64,000 bases of DNA, taken from NCBI GenBank assembly GCA_965204745.1, contig OZ242010.1, forward strand, positions 4,320,001-4,384,000, given 5' to 3'. The notes below the pieces were generated by a model. It was given only the letters and a program-made list of their open reading frames with translations, ran no database searches and was not told the DNA's origin. Every line of letters begins with the position of its first letter. Positions within the stretch are counted from its first letter, which is position 1. Shown here piece after piece: positions 39,102 through 48,348 of this stretch. A program made the translations under genes and the position numbers. Origin of the DNA: Candidatus Latescibacterota bacterium. GTDB taxonomy: Bacteria; Latescibacterota; UBA2968.

Positions 39102-40508
39102 CTAAGGCCAATCGCCGGTTACTTCTTGAAACGGTGCCACGGGTTCAAATGGTTCAGCGTAGTCCCCGCCGTTGTGGCTGTGTTCGCAGGAACGTAGCCA
39201 GTCGCGCAGGGTTTCTCGCGTTTGCCCCAATCGCTCGCGTTGTCGCGCCGCCAAATTGGTGGTCTCGGCGCGATCTGCGAGCATATCAAAGCACAAATCC
39301 TCGCGGCCATCGGGCGACAGATTGGTCAAACACTTGTACCGATTGTCGATCATCGCAATGGTCGGCGCGTCAAACATCGACGCCTTTGAGCTGATAAACC
39401 GATAGGGAATCGGCATCGGACGCTCGGTCATCTCGCCCGCGATCAACGGTAGCAAACTCGTCCCATCAATGGGCCGATCATCCGGCATCTCATAGCCCAT
39501 CACCTCGGCTATCGTGGGAAAATAATCCAGCGTGCTGCACGGCATATCCACCACGCGCTCGGCCGCGGCAACCCCCGGCCAGTGCAACAGCGCGGGCACG
39601 CCCACGCCGCCATCAAACAAAGACCGCTTTCGCCCGCGCAAGCCGCCCGTGGATCCCCGATGGCGACCACTTTCACCCGTCCTGCCTTCCGGCCCATTGT
39701 CCGAACAAAACCAAATCATCGTATTCTGCGCCACGCCCAATGCCTCTAGCGTCCGATACAACCGCCCGACCTGATCATCCACCGCCGTGACACAGCCGTA
39801 ATAATGTTGCTCGTCCTCGCTGTATGCCGCGTACATCGCCCGGTATTCCGGCCCGGCAACCACCGGGGCGTGCGGCGCGTGAAACCAGATCGTCGCAAAA
39901 AATGGCGCGCCATTTGCCACGGCCTTTTCGACAAATGGAATCGCCCGATCCATCAACACCCGCGAATCGCACCCGGATAAATTCTCCGTTGCCAAGTCGC
40001 CATTTTCGTAATACGGCGACGCCCACGCCCGATCCAACCGTTGCCCGGTCTTTTGGTCGATGTCTCGCGTCGGATCCCAAGTCGGCACCGCGTATTCAGT
40101 CGCAAAAGACACATCGTAATCGCGTTCCCACGGCGGCGCGTAATTGCGCGCGGGGTCGCGGTTGGCCTTGCCCGAATAATTCGCATTTAGCGTGCCCAGA
40201 TGCCACTTGCCAAAATGCCCGGTGGCGTATCCGCGTGATTTCAGCATCCGCGCCAGCGTGATCTCCTGCGCCGGCAAGTGCCCGCGATTGGCATGCGTGA
40301 TGCCGTATCGAAAATAATGCCGCCCGGTCAAGCATGTCCCCCGGGTTGGCGAACACACCGGCCCGCCCGCGTAAAACCGCGTGAACCGAATCCCCTGTTG
40401 CGCCAGACGATCCAAATTCGGCGTCTCGATCACCGCATTCCCATTAAACCCCACATCCCCATATCCGAGATCATCGCACATCATCATAATAATATTCGGC
40501 TCATTCAT
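39102..40508 (-). CDS. Arylsulfatase family sulfatase
   Basis: PNIIMMMCDDLGYGD, CSPTR, GKWHLG, SDNG. Confidence 0.92.
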   Translation of the reverse strand: MNEPNIIMMMCDDLGYGDVGFNGNAVIETPNLDRLAQQGIRFTRFYAGGPVCSPTRGTCLTGRHYFRYGITHANRGHLPAQEITLARMLKSRGYATGHFGKWHLGTLNANYSGKANRDPARNYAPPWERDYDVSFATEYAVPTWDPTRDIDQKTGQRLDRAWASPYYENGDLATENLSGCDSRVLMDRAIPFVEKAVANGAPFFATIWFHAPHAPVVAGPEYRAMYAAYSEDEQHYYGCVTAVDDQVGRLYRTLEALGVAQNTMIWFCSDNGPEGRTGESGRHRGSTGGLRGRKRSLFDGGVGVPALLHWPGVAAAERVVDMPCSTLDYFPTIAEVMGYEMPDDRPIDGTSLLPLIAGEMTERPMPIPYRFISSKASMFDAPTIAMIDNRYKCLTNLSPDGREDLCFDMLADRAETTNLAARQRERLGQTRETLRDWLRSCEHSHNGGDYAEPFEPVAPFQEVTGDWP

Positions 40509-40987
40509 CGAAAACACGCTCCTTTTGGATCGGGGTGGATCGGATCGACCCAATACACTTCTTCGGGTTCTTCGACAACCGGAATATCCAAATTGACCAC
40601 CACAGGCTCTTGATCGCTCCGCACCAACACGCATTCCAAGGGTTCATCCGCGCTGGCATTGATCTCTTGATGCGGCACGTAGGGCGGCACGTAAATAAAA
40701 TCACCCGGGCCCGCTTCTGCCATGTACTCCAACTGCTCGCCCCAGCGCATGCGCGCTTTGCCGCGCACCACGTAGATCACGCTCTCCGATGCCCCGTGAT
40801 GATGCGCCCCGGTCTTTGCGTTGGGATGGATTTCAACCGTCCCCGCCCAGAGCTTTTCTGCCCCTGCGCTTGCGCGATTGATCGCCGCGGCGCGCGTCAT
40901 CCCCGGCGTCTGTGGCGTATTCAAATCCAACCGATCTCCCGTCACCACGCGCACCCCGCAATCGCGCCAGTCCTTTTTGTCGTCCAT
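40505..40987 (-). CDS. Cupin domain protein
   Basis: TGAHHHGASESVIY...PGDFIYVPPYVPHQEIN. Confidence 0.88.
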   Translation of the reverse strand: MDDKKDWRDCGVRVVTGDRLDLNTPQTPGMTRAAAINRASAGAEKLWAGTVEIHPNAKTGAHHHGASESVIYVVRGKARMRWGEQLEYMAEAGPGDFIYVPPYVPHQEINASADEPLECVLVRSDQEPVVVNLDIPVVEEPEEVYWVDPIHPDPKGACFR

Positions 40988-41087
40988 AACTCCTCCAAAT
41001 AGTTGTTCAGGATTTCATGCGACATCGGGCAGACTTTTCTCTAATTTTCTGACGGAACTCCAAGTAGTAGCGATAATCGTTCGCCCT

Positions 41088-41217
41088 CCCCTCTTGCGTC
41101 TCACCTCTTACGTCTCCCCTCTTGCGTCTCACCTCTTACGTCTCCCCTCTTGCGTCTCACCTCTTACGTCTCCCCTCTTACGTCTCACCTCTTACGTCTC
41201 CCCTCTTACGTCTCACC
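41088..41217. repeat. 14-bp periodic array CCTCTT(A/G)CGTCTC(A/C), about 9 copies
   Basis: Directly visible; overlaps the purB stop. Confidence 0.92.
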
Positions 41218-42576
41218 TAAAACACCATCTACCAATCGCGGGGCAAGGCCGATATACGATTGGGGCGTCAGATTTTTTAGGCGTTTGAGATCGGCTTGTG
41301 GGAGTTTATCGAGGGTATTGAGAAAGGCGCGAATGTCGTCTTGGGTCATGTCCGTTCCCCTACTGAGGGCTTTCATCCGTTCGTAGGGATCCTCGTACCC
41401 GGCTTTTCGCATGACGGTCTGGATGGCTTCGCCCAAGATCGCCCATTCGGCGTTGAGGGCGCGGGCAATGGCCCGTTTGTCAATGGCGACTTTGCCCATG
41501 CCGCTTGCAAGGGATTTCAGGGCGAGGCACGCATGCCCGATAGCCGGCCCGATGTTGCGGCTGGCGGACGAATCGGACAAATCGCGTTGCAGGCGCGACA
41601 CGGGCAATTTGGTCGCTAGGTGTTCGAGCAGGGCCGTGCTGACGCCCAAATTGGCTTCGGCATTTTCAAAGTCGATGGGATTGACTTTGTGGGGCATGGT
41701 CGATGACCCGACTTCTGAGGCGATGGTTTTCTGCCGAAAATAGGATCGGGAGATGTAGGCCCACATGTCGCGGGCAAAGTCGAGCGCGATGGTGTTGAAC
41801 CGGATGATCAGATGAAAGACTTCGGCCATGTAATCGTGCGATTCGATTTGCGTGGTGAGCGGGTTGAATGTGAGGCCGAGGCGTTGGACGAACTCCCGGG
41901 CGAGGTCTTGCCAAAGTACGTCGGGATAGGCCGCGACGTGTGCGTTGTAATTGCCGGTGGCACCGTTGAATTTGCCCAGGTAGTCGAGGCGGGCCGCCTG
42001 GTTGAGTTGCCGCTGCCAGCGATAGACAAAGACCGCGAGTTCCTTGCCCATCGTGGTGGGCGTGGCCGGTTGCCCGTGCGTGTGCGCGAGGATGGGCACG
42101 TCCCGCAGGTGTTGCGCGTGTCGTGTGACTGTGTGGACGAGCTCTCGGGCGAGGGGCAAAAAGACTTCTGTGACCGCGGATTTGAGCATCAAGGCGTGTG
42201 CGAGATTGTTGATGTCTTCCGACGTACAGCAAAAATGCACGGCCTCTCGCACGTCTGCAAGCGAGGTTTCCGCGAGGCGTTCCCGGAGGTAGTATTCGAC
42301 TGATTTGACATCGTGATTGGTCGCGCTTTCAATGGCGACGACGCGCTCGGCTCGTCGCTCGTCAAAATCATCGATCCACGATTGCAACAGCCGATGTTCC
42401 GCGGCGGTAAATGCGCGCACATGCGACAGTTCGGGCCGTGCGGATTGAAAGCGCAACCATTCGATTTCGATTTGCACGCGATAGGCGATCAGCGCGAAAT
42501 GCGACAGGCACGGCGCGAGGGCCTGCAAGCGATTCGCGTACCGATTGTCGAGCGGAGAGAGCGCGGTGAGGTTCAT
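41206..42576 (-). CDS. purB: Adenylosuccinate lyase
   Basis: LTALSPLDNRY, TNHDVK, CTSEDINN, GSSTMPHKVNPIDFEN. Confidence 0.95.
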   Translation of the reverse strand: MNLTALSPLDNRYANRLQALAPCLSHFALIAYRVQIEIEWLRFQSARPELSHVRAFTAAEHRLLQSWIDDFDERRAERVVAIESATNHDVKSVEYYLRERLAETSLADVREAVHFCCTSEDINNLAHALMLKSAVTEVFLPLARELVHTVTRHAQHLRDVPILAHTHGQPATPTTMGKELAVFVYRWQRQLNQAARLDYLGKFNGATGNYNAHVAAYPDVLWQDLAREFVQRLGLTFNPLTTQIESHDYMAEVFHLIIRFNTIALDFARDMWAYISRSYFRQKTIASEVGSSTMPHKVNPIDFENAEANLGVSTALLEHLATKLPVSRLQRDLSDSSASRNIGPAIGHACLALKSLASGMGKVAIDKRAIARALNAEWAILGEAIQTVMRKAGYEDPYERMKALSRGTDMTQDDIRAFLNTLDKLPQADLKRLKNLTPQSYIGLAPRLVDGVLGET

Positions 42577-42598
42577 GGGATCCCTTAAAAGATAAGCA

Positions 42599-42787
42599 CT
42601 AATCCGGGTCGCCGTATTCGAGGGGGGCGTCGTCTTCGGGAAATTCATAGACATAGCCACACGGGCAGATCGGATGATCGGATTCGCGCGGGGTGTGACA
42701 TTCGGGACAGCGTTCGACGGGTTTGTGGAGGTATTTGACGAGAGCGACGACGATCAGAACCGTGGCGAAAAGGATGGTGTAGAACAT
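42599..42787 (-). CDS. Small membrane-anchored zinc-ribbon hypothetical protein
   Basis: N-terminal TM helix, CPEC...CPC. Confidence 0.6.
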   Translation of the reverse strand: MFYTILFATVLIVVALVKYLHKPVERCPECHTPRESDHPICPCGYVYEFPEDDAPLEYGDPD

Positions 42788-42845
42788 GGATTGGTGTCGT
42801 AAAAAAACAACAGGCGAGAAGAATCCCGCCTGTTTGTGTGGTCGA

Positions 42846-43028
42846 TCAGGTCGCGCCCATATCGCCTCCGCGCGCAACGGCTTTGAGGCCCGCTGGTTTG
42901 TGTCGCGCGTTGGAGATGAGTTGGTCTATGCGATCCTGAAGGGTCTTAATGTCTTGCTCGAAGGCGTCGAGTTCTTTGACGAGATCGTCAAAATCGAGCC
43001 TAATCGCGGTGGCTTTCCTCAAACCCAT
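42846..43028 (-). CDS. Small coiled-coil hypothetical protein
   Basis: SD AAAGGA plus MGLRKATAIRLDFDDLVKELDAFEQDIKTLQDRIDQLI with a heptad pattern. Confidence 0.55.
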   Translation of the reverse strand: MGLRKATAIRLDFDDLVKELDAFEQDIKTLQDRIDQLISNARHKPAGLKAVARGGDMGAT

Positions 43029-43206
43029 TGCAGTTCCTTTCTGATACGGGATGGCATCAGGGGAGAGAGGGGAAGTTTGGGAAAGGGGAGTGGGAATATA
43101 GGACAAGGCGCGGGCGGCGTCAAGGGGGATTAGCCAACAGCGCGTCAATTTGTTCCCGCGTGGGCATGGCGGGTTGCAACATCCCCCGCTTAATCCGAAA
43201 ACGCGG

Positions 43207-43235
43207 TTGACTTTTGCCCTCGCATGCGGTATATT
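43207..43235 (+). promoter_or_regulatory. Sigma70-type promoter
   Basis: TTGACT-17 bp-TATATT. Confidence 0.65.
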
Positions 43236-43241
43236 GGGGGC

Positions 43242-43487
43242 ACACGAGAAAGGAGGTGGTCGAATGAGTGACATGACCAGTGGAGGTGACTGTCGTTAGG
43301 TGCGCCCGCCAGGAGCGGAGACAGCATCTCGAAATGGTAGCGCGCCTGGCAATCCAACACAGTCATCGAGCGGTTCGTTATCTGCCACATCGGCGATTTT
43401 GATGATCGCGAGGCAGAAACGCCGTCAGACGAAGCGCCGCACGGAGATGGGTTGATTTTTCGACATCCGCCGCGCGGCGTTTTTTGT
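43242..43487 (+). ncRNA. Candidate structured RNA containing an 11-codon sORF
   Basis: Own promoter; SD AAAGGAGGTG plus ATG 43264 (MSDMTSGGDCR*); stems ccagg..gcg/cgc..cctgg and cgg.cgtt.tctgcc/ggcaga.aacg.ccg; ends in a GC hairpin plus T tract. Confidence 0.55.
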
Positions 43488-43499
43488 TGGCTTTCTAAC

Positions 43500-43527
43500 T
43501 TGACAAAATTGGATTATCCTGTACCTT
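43500..43527 (+). promoter_or_regulatory. Probable rplM promoter
   Basis: TTGACA-16 bp-TACCTT about 50 bp upstream of rplM. Confidence 0.5.
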
Positions 43528-43579
43528 CAAAAACTCCATTGCCCACAACACACATCGAGTTAAGCGAGGAATTGAAACG

Positions 43580-44011
43580 ATGAGGACACCGAGTGCAAAA
43601 AAAGGTGATGTCGAACAAGTCTGGTATGTCGCCGATGCAGAAGGCAAGGTGCTCGGGCGATTTGCCAGTGGCGTAGCTCGGATTTTGCGCGGCAAACACA
43701 AGCCCTTTTACACGCCCCACATTGACGCGGGGGATCACGTGGTGATCGTCAATGCGGAGAAAATTCGGGTCAAGGGCAATAACAAAGCCCGGCAAAAGGT
43801 TTATACGAGTTACAGCGGGTATCCCGGCGGGCTGAAAAAGCAGACGCTGGAAGACGCGCTCGAAAAGCGACCCGCATTTGTTCTCGAGCACGCGATTCGG
43901 GGCATGTTGCCCCACAACAAATTGGGCCGGCAAATGATGAAAAAGGTCCGGATTTACGCCGGCCCGGAACACCCACACCGCGCTCAGTCTCCCGAGCCAA
44001 TCGATTTGTAG
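43580..44011 (+). CDS. rplM: 50S ribosomal protein L13
   Basis: WYVADAEGKVLGR, LRGKHKPFYTPH, SGYPGGLK. Confidence 0.98.
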   Translation: MRTPSAKKGDVEQVWYVADAEGKVLGRFASGVARILRGKHKPFYTPHIDAGDHVVIVNAEKIRVKGNNKARQKVYTSYSGYPGGLKKQTLEDALEKRPAFVLEHAIRGMLPHNKLGRQMMKKVRIYAGPEHPHRAQSPEPIDL

Positions 44012-44066
44012 AGGAGTTAACGTCTTGTATATTGTTGACTATTGTTGTTTATTTATCGTGTTGTCT

Positions 44067-44654
44067 ATGGCGTATGTAAATACTCGCAAAGCGGTTGCTT
44101 TGCTTGGCGTTCATCCGAGCACATTGCGTAGGTGGGCGACTGACGGTCGGATTGAGCACATTCGTAGTCCGGGTGGTCGGAGGCTTTACAATGTCGATGC
44201 GTTCTTGCGGGAAGAAGTTGGGGTTGTGTGCTATGCACGGGTCAGCAGTTATGCCGAAAAAGACGACTTGCGAGGGCAAGTTGCACTCTTGCGATCCCGT
44301 TATCCCGAAGCAGAGATCGTCAAAGACATTGGGGGAGGTCTCAACGGGAAGCGGAAAGGCCTTGTTGCCCTACTGGAACGCTTACACAGCGGAGAGAAGT
44401 TGCGAATTGTGGTTGCCCACAAAGACCGTCTTGCAAGGTTCGGCTTTGAACTTATTGACTGGCTGGCAAAGCAAAACGGGGGCGCGGTCATGGTTCTCGA
44501 CGAGTCAAGTTGCAGTCCGGAACAAGAACTCACGCAGGATATTCTGTCCATTCTCGATTCGTTCTCTTGTCGGCTGTACGGACTCCGCAAGTATCGTGAC
44601 AAAATCGAAAAAGATAAGACTCTCTCTGACAAGCGAGCAGAAGGCGTTGGTTAA
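44067..44654 (+). CDS. tnpA: IS607 serine-recombinase transposase
   Basis: N-terminal MerR-like HTH (LGVHPSTLRRW...SPGGRRLY), YARVSS, DRLARFGFEL, FSCRLYGLRKY. Confidence 0.95.
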   Translation: MAYVNTRKAVALLGVHPSTLRRWATDGRIEHIRSPGGRRLYNVDAFLREEVGVVCYARVSSYAEKDDLRGQVALLRSRYPEAEIVKDIGGGLNGKRKGLVALLERLHSGEKLRIVVAHKDRLARFGFELIDWLAKQNGGAVMVLDESSCSPEQELTQDILSILDSFSCRLYGLRKYRDKIEKDKTLSDKRAEGVG

Positions 44655-45738
44655 GGTCTGGTTGGCAGGTAGCCGTTGGTGGTATAACGAGGCCGTGTCG
44701 TTGTATCGTGCGGGATTTTCCGTATCCGAGTATGAGATGCGTGCTCTTGTTCGTGCGGTGAGTCCTGAGTGGTTTGCGGATGTTCCGAGCAAGATATTGT
44801 GCGGTGCGATAGCAGATGCTCACAAAGCGAATCAGGCCGTCTGGCGTAAGCGGAAAGCGTTGAAGAAGAAAGGGATAAAGCGGAAAGTGATGCTCCATTT
44901 TCGCAGTCGTAAATGTCCTGTTCAGTCCTTGTATTTGTGCCATGTGGCGTGGAACAAGGCATTGACGACATTTTATCCGCGTCGTCTTGGCAATGTTCAT
45001 CTCTGCGAATCATTGTCTGTTGTTCCGAAGGATGGTCGTTTGGTCCGTCACAATGGGCGTTACTATGTGACGGTTCCCTATTCAAGTCCACGGCGCGTAA
45101 CCGAGAACCAAGGGCGCGTCGTGGCACTTGATCCAGGTATTCGCAGTTTCTTGACGTTCTATTCCGAGAAGGATTGTGGTAAGATTGGCGAAGGTGATTT
45201 TGGTCGTATTCAGCGTTTGTGCGTTCATCTTGACGGGTTGATCGGTCGCATGACAAAGGCTATCGGATTTCGCAAGGTGCGTTTGAAGCGTGCCTGCCAT
45301 CGCATGCGGTGGCGCATCCGAGATTTGATAGATGAACTACACAAACAGACGGCTCGCTGGTTGGTGGACAACTACGATGTGATTCTGTTGCCCACGTTTG
45401 AAACGCAGGATATGGTACAGCGTGGCAAGCGTTGCCTTCGTCGTAAATCTGTTCGCAGTATGTTGACCTTCGCCCATTACCGCTTCAAGCAGTTTTTGAA
45501 GCACAAAGCATTTGAGACAGGCAAGTTGGTCTTCGATGTGAATGAGGCATACACGTCCAAAACAGTCAGTTGGACAGGCGAGCGTGTGAAGAACTTGGGC
45601 GGTGCTAAGGTCATTCGCAGTCGGATAGATGGTCAAGTAATGGATCGAGATCTAAATGGCGCACGGGGTATTTTTCTCCGTGCTTTGGGCGATACACCCA
45701 AGTTGCGCAACTGCTTGGATGCAACTTGCACTGGTTGA
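44596..45738 (+). CDS. tnpB: IS607 TnpB RNA-guided nuclease; start uncertain, frame open back to 44095
   Basis: KSKKIRL, RuvC-I VALDPG, VNEAYTSKT, RuvC-III MDRDLNGARGI. Confidence 0.92.
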   Translation: MTKSKKIRLSLTSEQKALVKVWLAGSRWWYNEAVSLYRAGFSVSEYEMRALVRAVSPEWFADVPSKILCGAIADAHKANQAVWRKRKALKKKGIKRKVMLHFRSRKCPVQSLYLCHVAWNKALTTFYPRRLGNVHLCESLSVVPKDGRLVRHNGRYYVTVPYSSPRRVTENQGRVVALDPGIRSFLTFYSEKDCGKIGEGDFGRIQRLCVHLDGLIGRMTKAIGFRKVRLKRACHRMRWRIRDLIDELHKQTARWLVDNYDVILLPTFETQDMVQRGKRCLRRKSVRSMLTFAHYRFKQFLKHKAFETGKLVFDVNEAYTSKTVSWTGERVKNLGGAKVIRSRIDGQVMDRDLNGARGIFLRALGDTPKLRNCLDATCTG

Positions 45739-45789
45739 ACACTTATTGACGAGTCAATAATGGTCAACAGAAAGGTATCAGGTGATATT

Positions 45790-46185
45790 TTGGCTATTGA
45801 ACCCTTGAGTTCTGCCACCGGGCGGCGCAAGACCTCGACCGCGCATGTGAAACTCTATCCCGGCACGGGCGCGATCACCATCAACGGGCATTCCGCCGCC
45901 GATTATCTCAAGCGAGAGACGTTGGTGATGATCATCGAACAGCCCTTAGACGTGACCGAGACCCGCGGCACCTATGACATTGTCGCCAAAGCAAAAGGGG
46001 GCGGTTTGACCGGTCAGGCCGGCGCCGTGCGATTGGGCATCGCGCGCAGTTTGCAGCGCGTGAACGAGGCCAATCACCAACCCCTTCGCGGCGCGGGATT
46101 GCTCACGCGCGACCCGCGCAAGGTGGAGCGCAAAAAGCCCGGGCAACCCGGCGCACGCAAAAAATTCCAGTTTTCCAAGCGTTGA
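45790..46185 (+). CDS. rpsI: 30S ribosomal protein S9
   Basis: [32 protein letters not shown]...QFSKR; TTG start at 45790. Confidence 0.97.
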   Translation: MAIEPLSSATGRRKTSTAHVKLYPGTGAITINGHSAADYLKRETLVMIIEQPLDVTETRGTYDIVAKAKGGGLTGQAGAVRLGIARSLQRVNEANHQPLRGAGLLTRDPRKVERKKPGQPGARKKFQFSKR

Positions 46186-46219
46186 GTTTTTCCCAATCCC
46201 CGCGCGGAATGGGGCAATA

Positions 46220-46300
46220 TTCCACATGCATCCCGATTGTCGCATGGGTGCTTATCGGCAATGCGGCGAGCCGAGGGGTGCAGAGGCCAAACCCAATGGA
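46220..46300 (+). promoter_or_regulatory. rpsB (S2) leader RNA
   Basis: Position, plus the pattern cacatgcatccc...gggtgc...ggggtgca-gaggc-aaac with a tgcatccc/ggggtgca stem. Confidence 0.6.
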
Positions 46301-46306
46301 GGTCAC

Positions 46307-47059
46307 ATGGCGGTTGTTTCGATGAGGCAATTGCTCGAATCGGGCGTTCACTTCGGGCACCAAACCCGGCGGTGGAACCCCAAGATGCGGAAGTACATTT
46401 TTACAGAGCGCAATGGGATTTACATCGTCGATCTGCAAAAGACGCAGGCGCGAATCGAATCCGCGTATCAAGTCGTGCGCCAGATGGCAGAGACGGGCCA
46501 ACCGATTCTGTTTGTCGGCACAAAAAAACAGGCCAAAGACATCATCGCAGATGCCGCAGAACGCTGCGATATGTTTTTCGTCAACAACCGCTGGCTGGGC
46601 GGCATGCTGACGAATTTTCAAACCATTCGCCAAAGCATCCGCAGGCTGGACGCGCTGGACAAAATGGCCGGCGATGGCACTTATCAGCAGTTGACCAAAA
46701 AAGAAGTGTTGCGCCTCGAGCGCGAGCGCGACAAGTTGGAAAAATCCCTGGGCGGCATCCGCAGCATGGGGCGGTTGCCCGCACTCGTGTTTGTCGTGGA
46801 TACGAAAAAGGAGAGAATCGCCGTTGCCGAAGCGCGCCGCTTGGAAATTCCCATCGTGGCGGTCGTGGATACCAACTGCGATCCGGATGAGGTGGATCAC
46901 CCCATTCCGGGCAATGACGATGCGATGCGGTCCATCGCGCTCATTACGAATTTGATGGCCGAGGCCGTGCTCGAGGGCAACACCGTTCGACAGGATGAAC
47001 GGGACGCCGCGCCAACCACGGGCCCCGAGATTACGGAAATCGATCCCAGCAACAATTAA
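46307..47059 (+). CDS. rpsB: 30S ribosomal protein S2
   Basis: [35 protein letters not shown]. Confidence 0.98.
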   Translation: MAVVSMRQLLESGVHFGHQTRRWNPKMRKYIFTERNGIYIVDLQKTQARIESAYQVVRQMAETGQPILFVGTKKQAKDIIADAAERCDMFFVNNRWLGGMLTNFQTIRQSIRRLDALDKMAGDGTYQQLTKKEVLRLERERDKLEKSLGGIRSMGRLPALVFVVDTKKERIAVAEARRLEIPIVAVVDTNCDPDEVDHPIPGNDDAMRSIALITNLMAEAVLEGNTVRQDERDAAPTTGPEITEIDPSNN

Positions 47060-47075
47060 CGAGGTGGAGACGACA

Positions 47076-47675
47076 ATGGCAATTTCTGCAAAAATGGTGC
47101 GAGAATTGCGCGTGAGAACCAACGTGGGCATGATGGATTGCAAGCGGGCACTCGAAGAGGCCGATGGCAACATGGATAAGGCCGTTGAGTTGTTGCGTAA
47201 ACGGGGCATTGCCAAAGCCGAGAGCCGATCCGGGCGTCAGGCAAAAGAAGGGGTTATCGCGTCTTATATCCACGCGGGAAACCAGTTGGGCGTTTTGCTC
47301 GAGCTCAACAGCGAGACCGACTTCGTGGCGCGCACGGACGAGTTTCAGGCGTTTTCAAAAGACGTCGCCATGCACATTGCCGCGGCCGCGCCTCTGGTCG
47401 TGAACCGCGAGGATTTGGATGCCGAGACCTTGGAAAAGGAACGCAATATTTACCGCGAGCAGACCTTGGGCGAGGGCAAACCCGATCATATTGTCGATAG
47501 AATCGTCGATGGGCGGATGGACAAGTACTATCAAGACGTGGTCTTGATGGAACAGGCGTTTGTCAAAGATCCGGACAAGACCATTCGGGATTTGCACTTG
47601 GAACTCGTGGCGAAGTGCGGGGAAAACATCACCATCCGCCGATTCGCCCGATTCGTTTTGGGTGAAGAGCATTGA
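47076..47675 (+). CDS. tsf: Elongation factor Ts (short, about 199 aa form)
   Basis: GMMDCKRAL, ELNSETDFVA, IRRFARF. Confidence 0.97.
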   Translation: MAISAKMVRELRVRTNVGMMDCKRALEEADGNMDKAVELLRKRGIAKAESRSGRQAKEGVIASYIHAGNQLGVLLELNSETDFVARTDEFQAFSKDVAMHIAAAAPLVVNREDLDAETLEKERNIYREQTLGEGKPDHIVDRIVDGRMDKYYQDVVLMEQAFVKDPDKTIRDLHLELVAKCGENITIRRFARFVLGEEH

Positions 47676-47696
47676 GCGTCTAAGAGGAGGTGGGCC

Positions 47697-48254
47697 GTGA
47701 TCGATGATCTCATGGCGGAAGCGCGCACATCCATGCAAAAGTCCGTTACCGCCCTGCAAAACGAGATGGCGACCGTGCGTACCGGGCGGGCCAACGCACA
47801 TCTGCTGGATCAAATTCGGGTCGAGTACTACGGTTCGCAAGTGCCGATCAATCAGGTCGCCACGGTGGGCGTGCCAGAACCGCGGCTGATCGCGATTCAA
47901 CCCTGGGACAAGTCCGCGATTGCCCCGATTGAAAAGGCGATTCAGGAATCGAATTTGGGATTGACGCCATCCAACGATGGCACAATTATTCGCTTGCCCA
48001 TCCCGCAGTTGACCGAAGAGCGCAGGCGCGATCTCGTGCGCTTGGTGCGGCAATACGCCGAGGAGAGCCGGGTTTCCGTTCGCAATGCCCGCCGCGATGC
48101 CAATGAATTTATCCGCGATGCCCAAAGAGAGGGCGAGATCCCCGAAGACGATGCCCGCCGCGCAACGGACCGCACTCAGGCCCTGACCGACGAGTATGTC
48201 GCAAAAATTGACGACGTGCTCAAACAAAAAGAAGCCGAAATCATGGAAATTTAG
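47697..48254 (+). CDS. frr: Ribosome recycling factor
   Basis: VRTGRAN, IQPWDKS, LTEERRRDL, RNARRDA. Confidence 0.97.
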   Translation: MIDDLMAEARTSMQKSVTALQNEMATVRTGRANAHLLDQIRVEYYGSQVPINQVATVGVPEPRLIAIQPWDKSAIAPIEKAIQESNLGLTPSNDGTIIRLPIPQLTEERRRDLVRLVRQYAEESRVSVRNARRDANEFIRDAQREGEIPEDDARRATDRTQALTDEYVAKIDDVLKQKEAEIMEI

Positions 48255-48278
48255 CGCGACGCGACATCCGCTACGCCA

Positions 48279-48319
48279 AAAAGGCCATCTCCCGCTGGAG
48301 GTGGCCTTTTATTTTTTTT
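48279..48319. terminator. Intrinsic terminator, probably bidirectional
   Basis: aaaaggccatctcc-cgct-ggaggtggcctttt plus T tract between convergent genes. Confidence 0.85.
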
Positions 48320-48348
48320 CGCTACGCCCGTGTCTTTTGTCGCTGAGT

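Larger units (their letters stand above)
44028..45792 (+). mobile_element. IS607 family element (tnpA plus tnpB)
   Basis: Lower GC; flanked by TTG on both sides; left-end direct repeats tattgttg x2; no TIRs; removing it restores the rplM-rpsI junction. Confidence 0.92.

Noticed and set aside
43264-43455. Pyrrolysine readthrough of the sORF TAG
   Set aside because: No pyl genes in the window and the downstream peptide has no recognisable fold. Kept only as an open possibility under the RNA finding.
44028-44066. IStron (group I intron plus IS607) as the explanation for tolerance in the ribosomal operon
   Set aside because: Only about 40 bp separate the left junction from tnpA, too short for a group I intron core.
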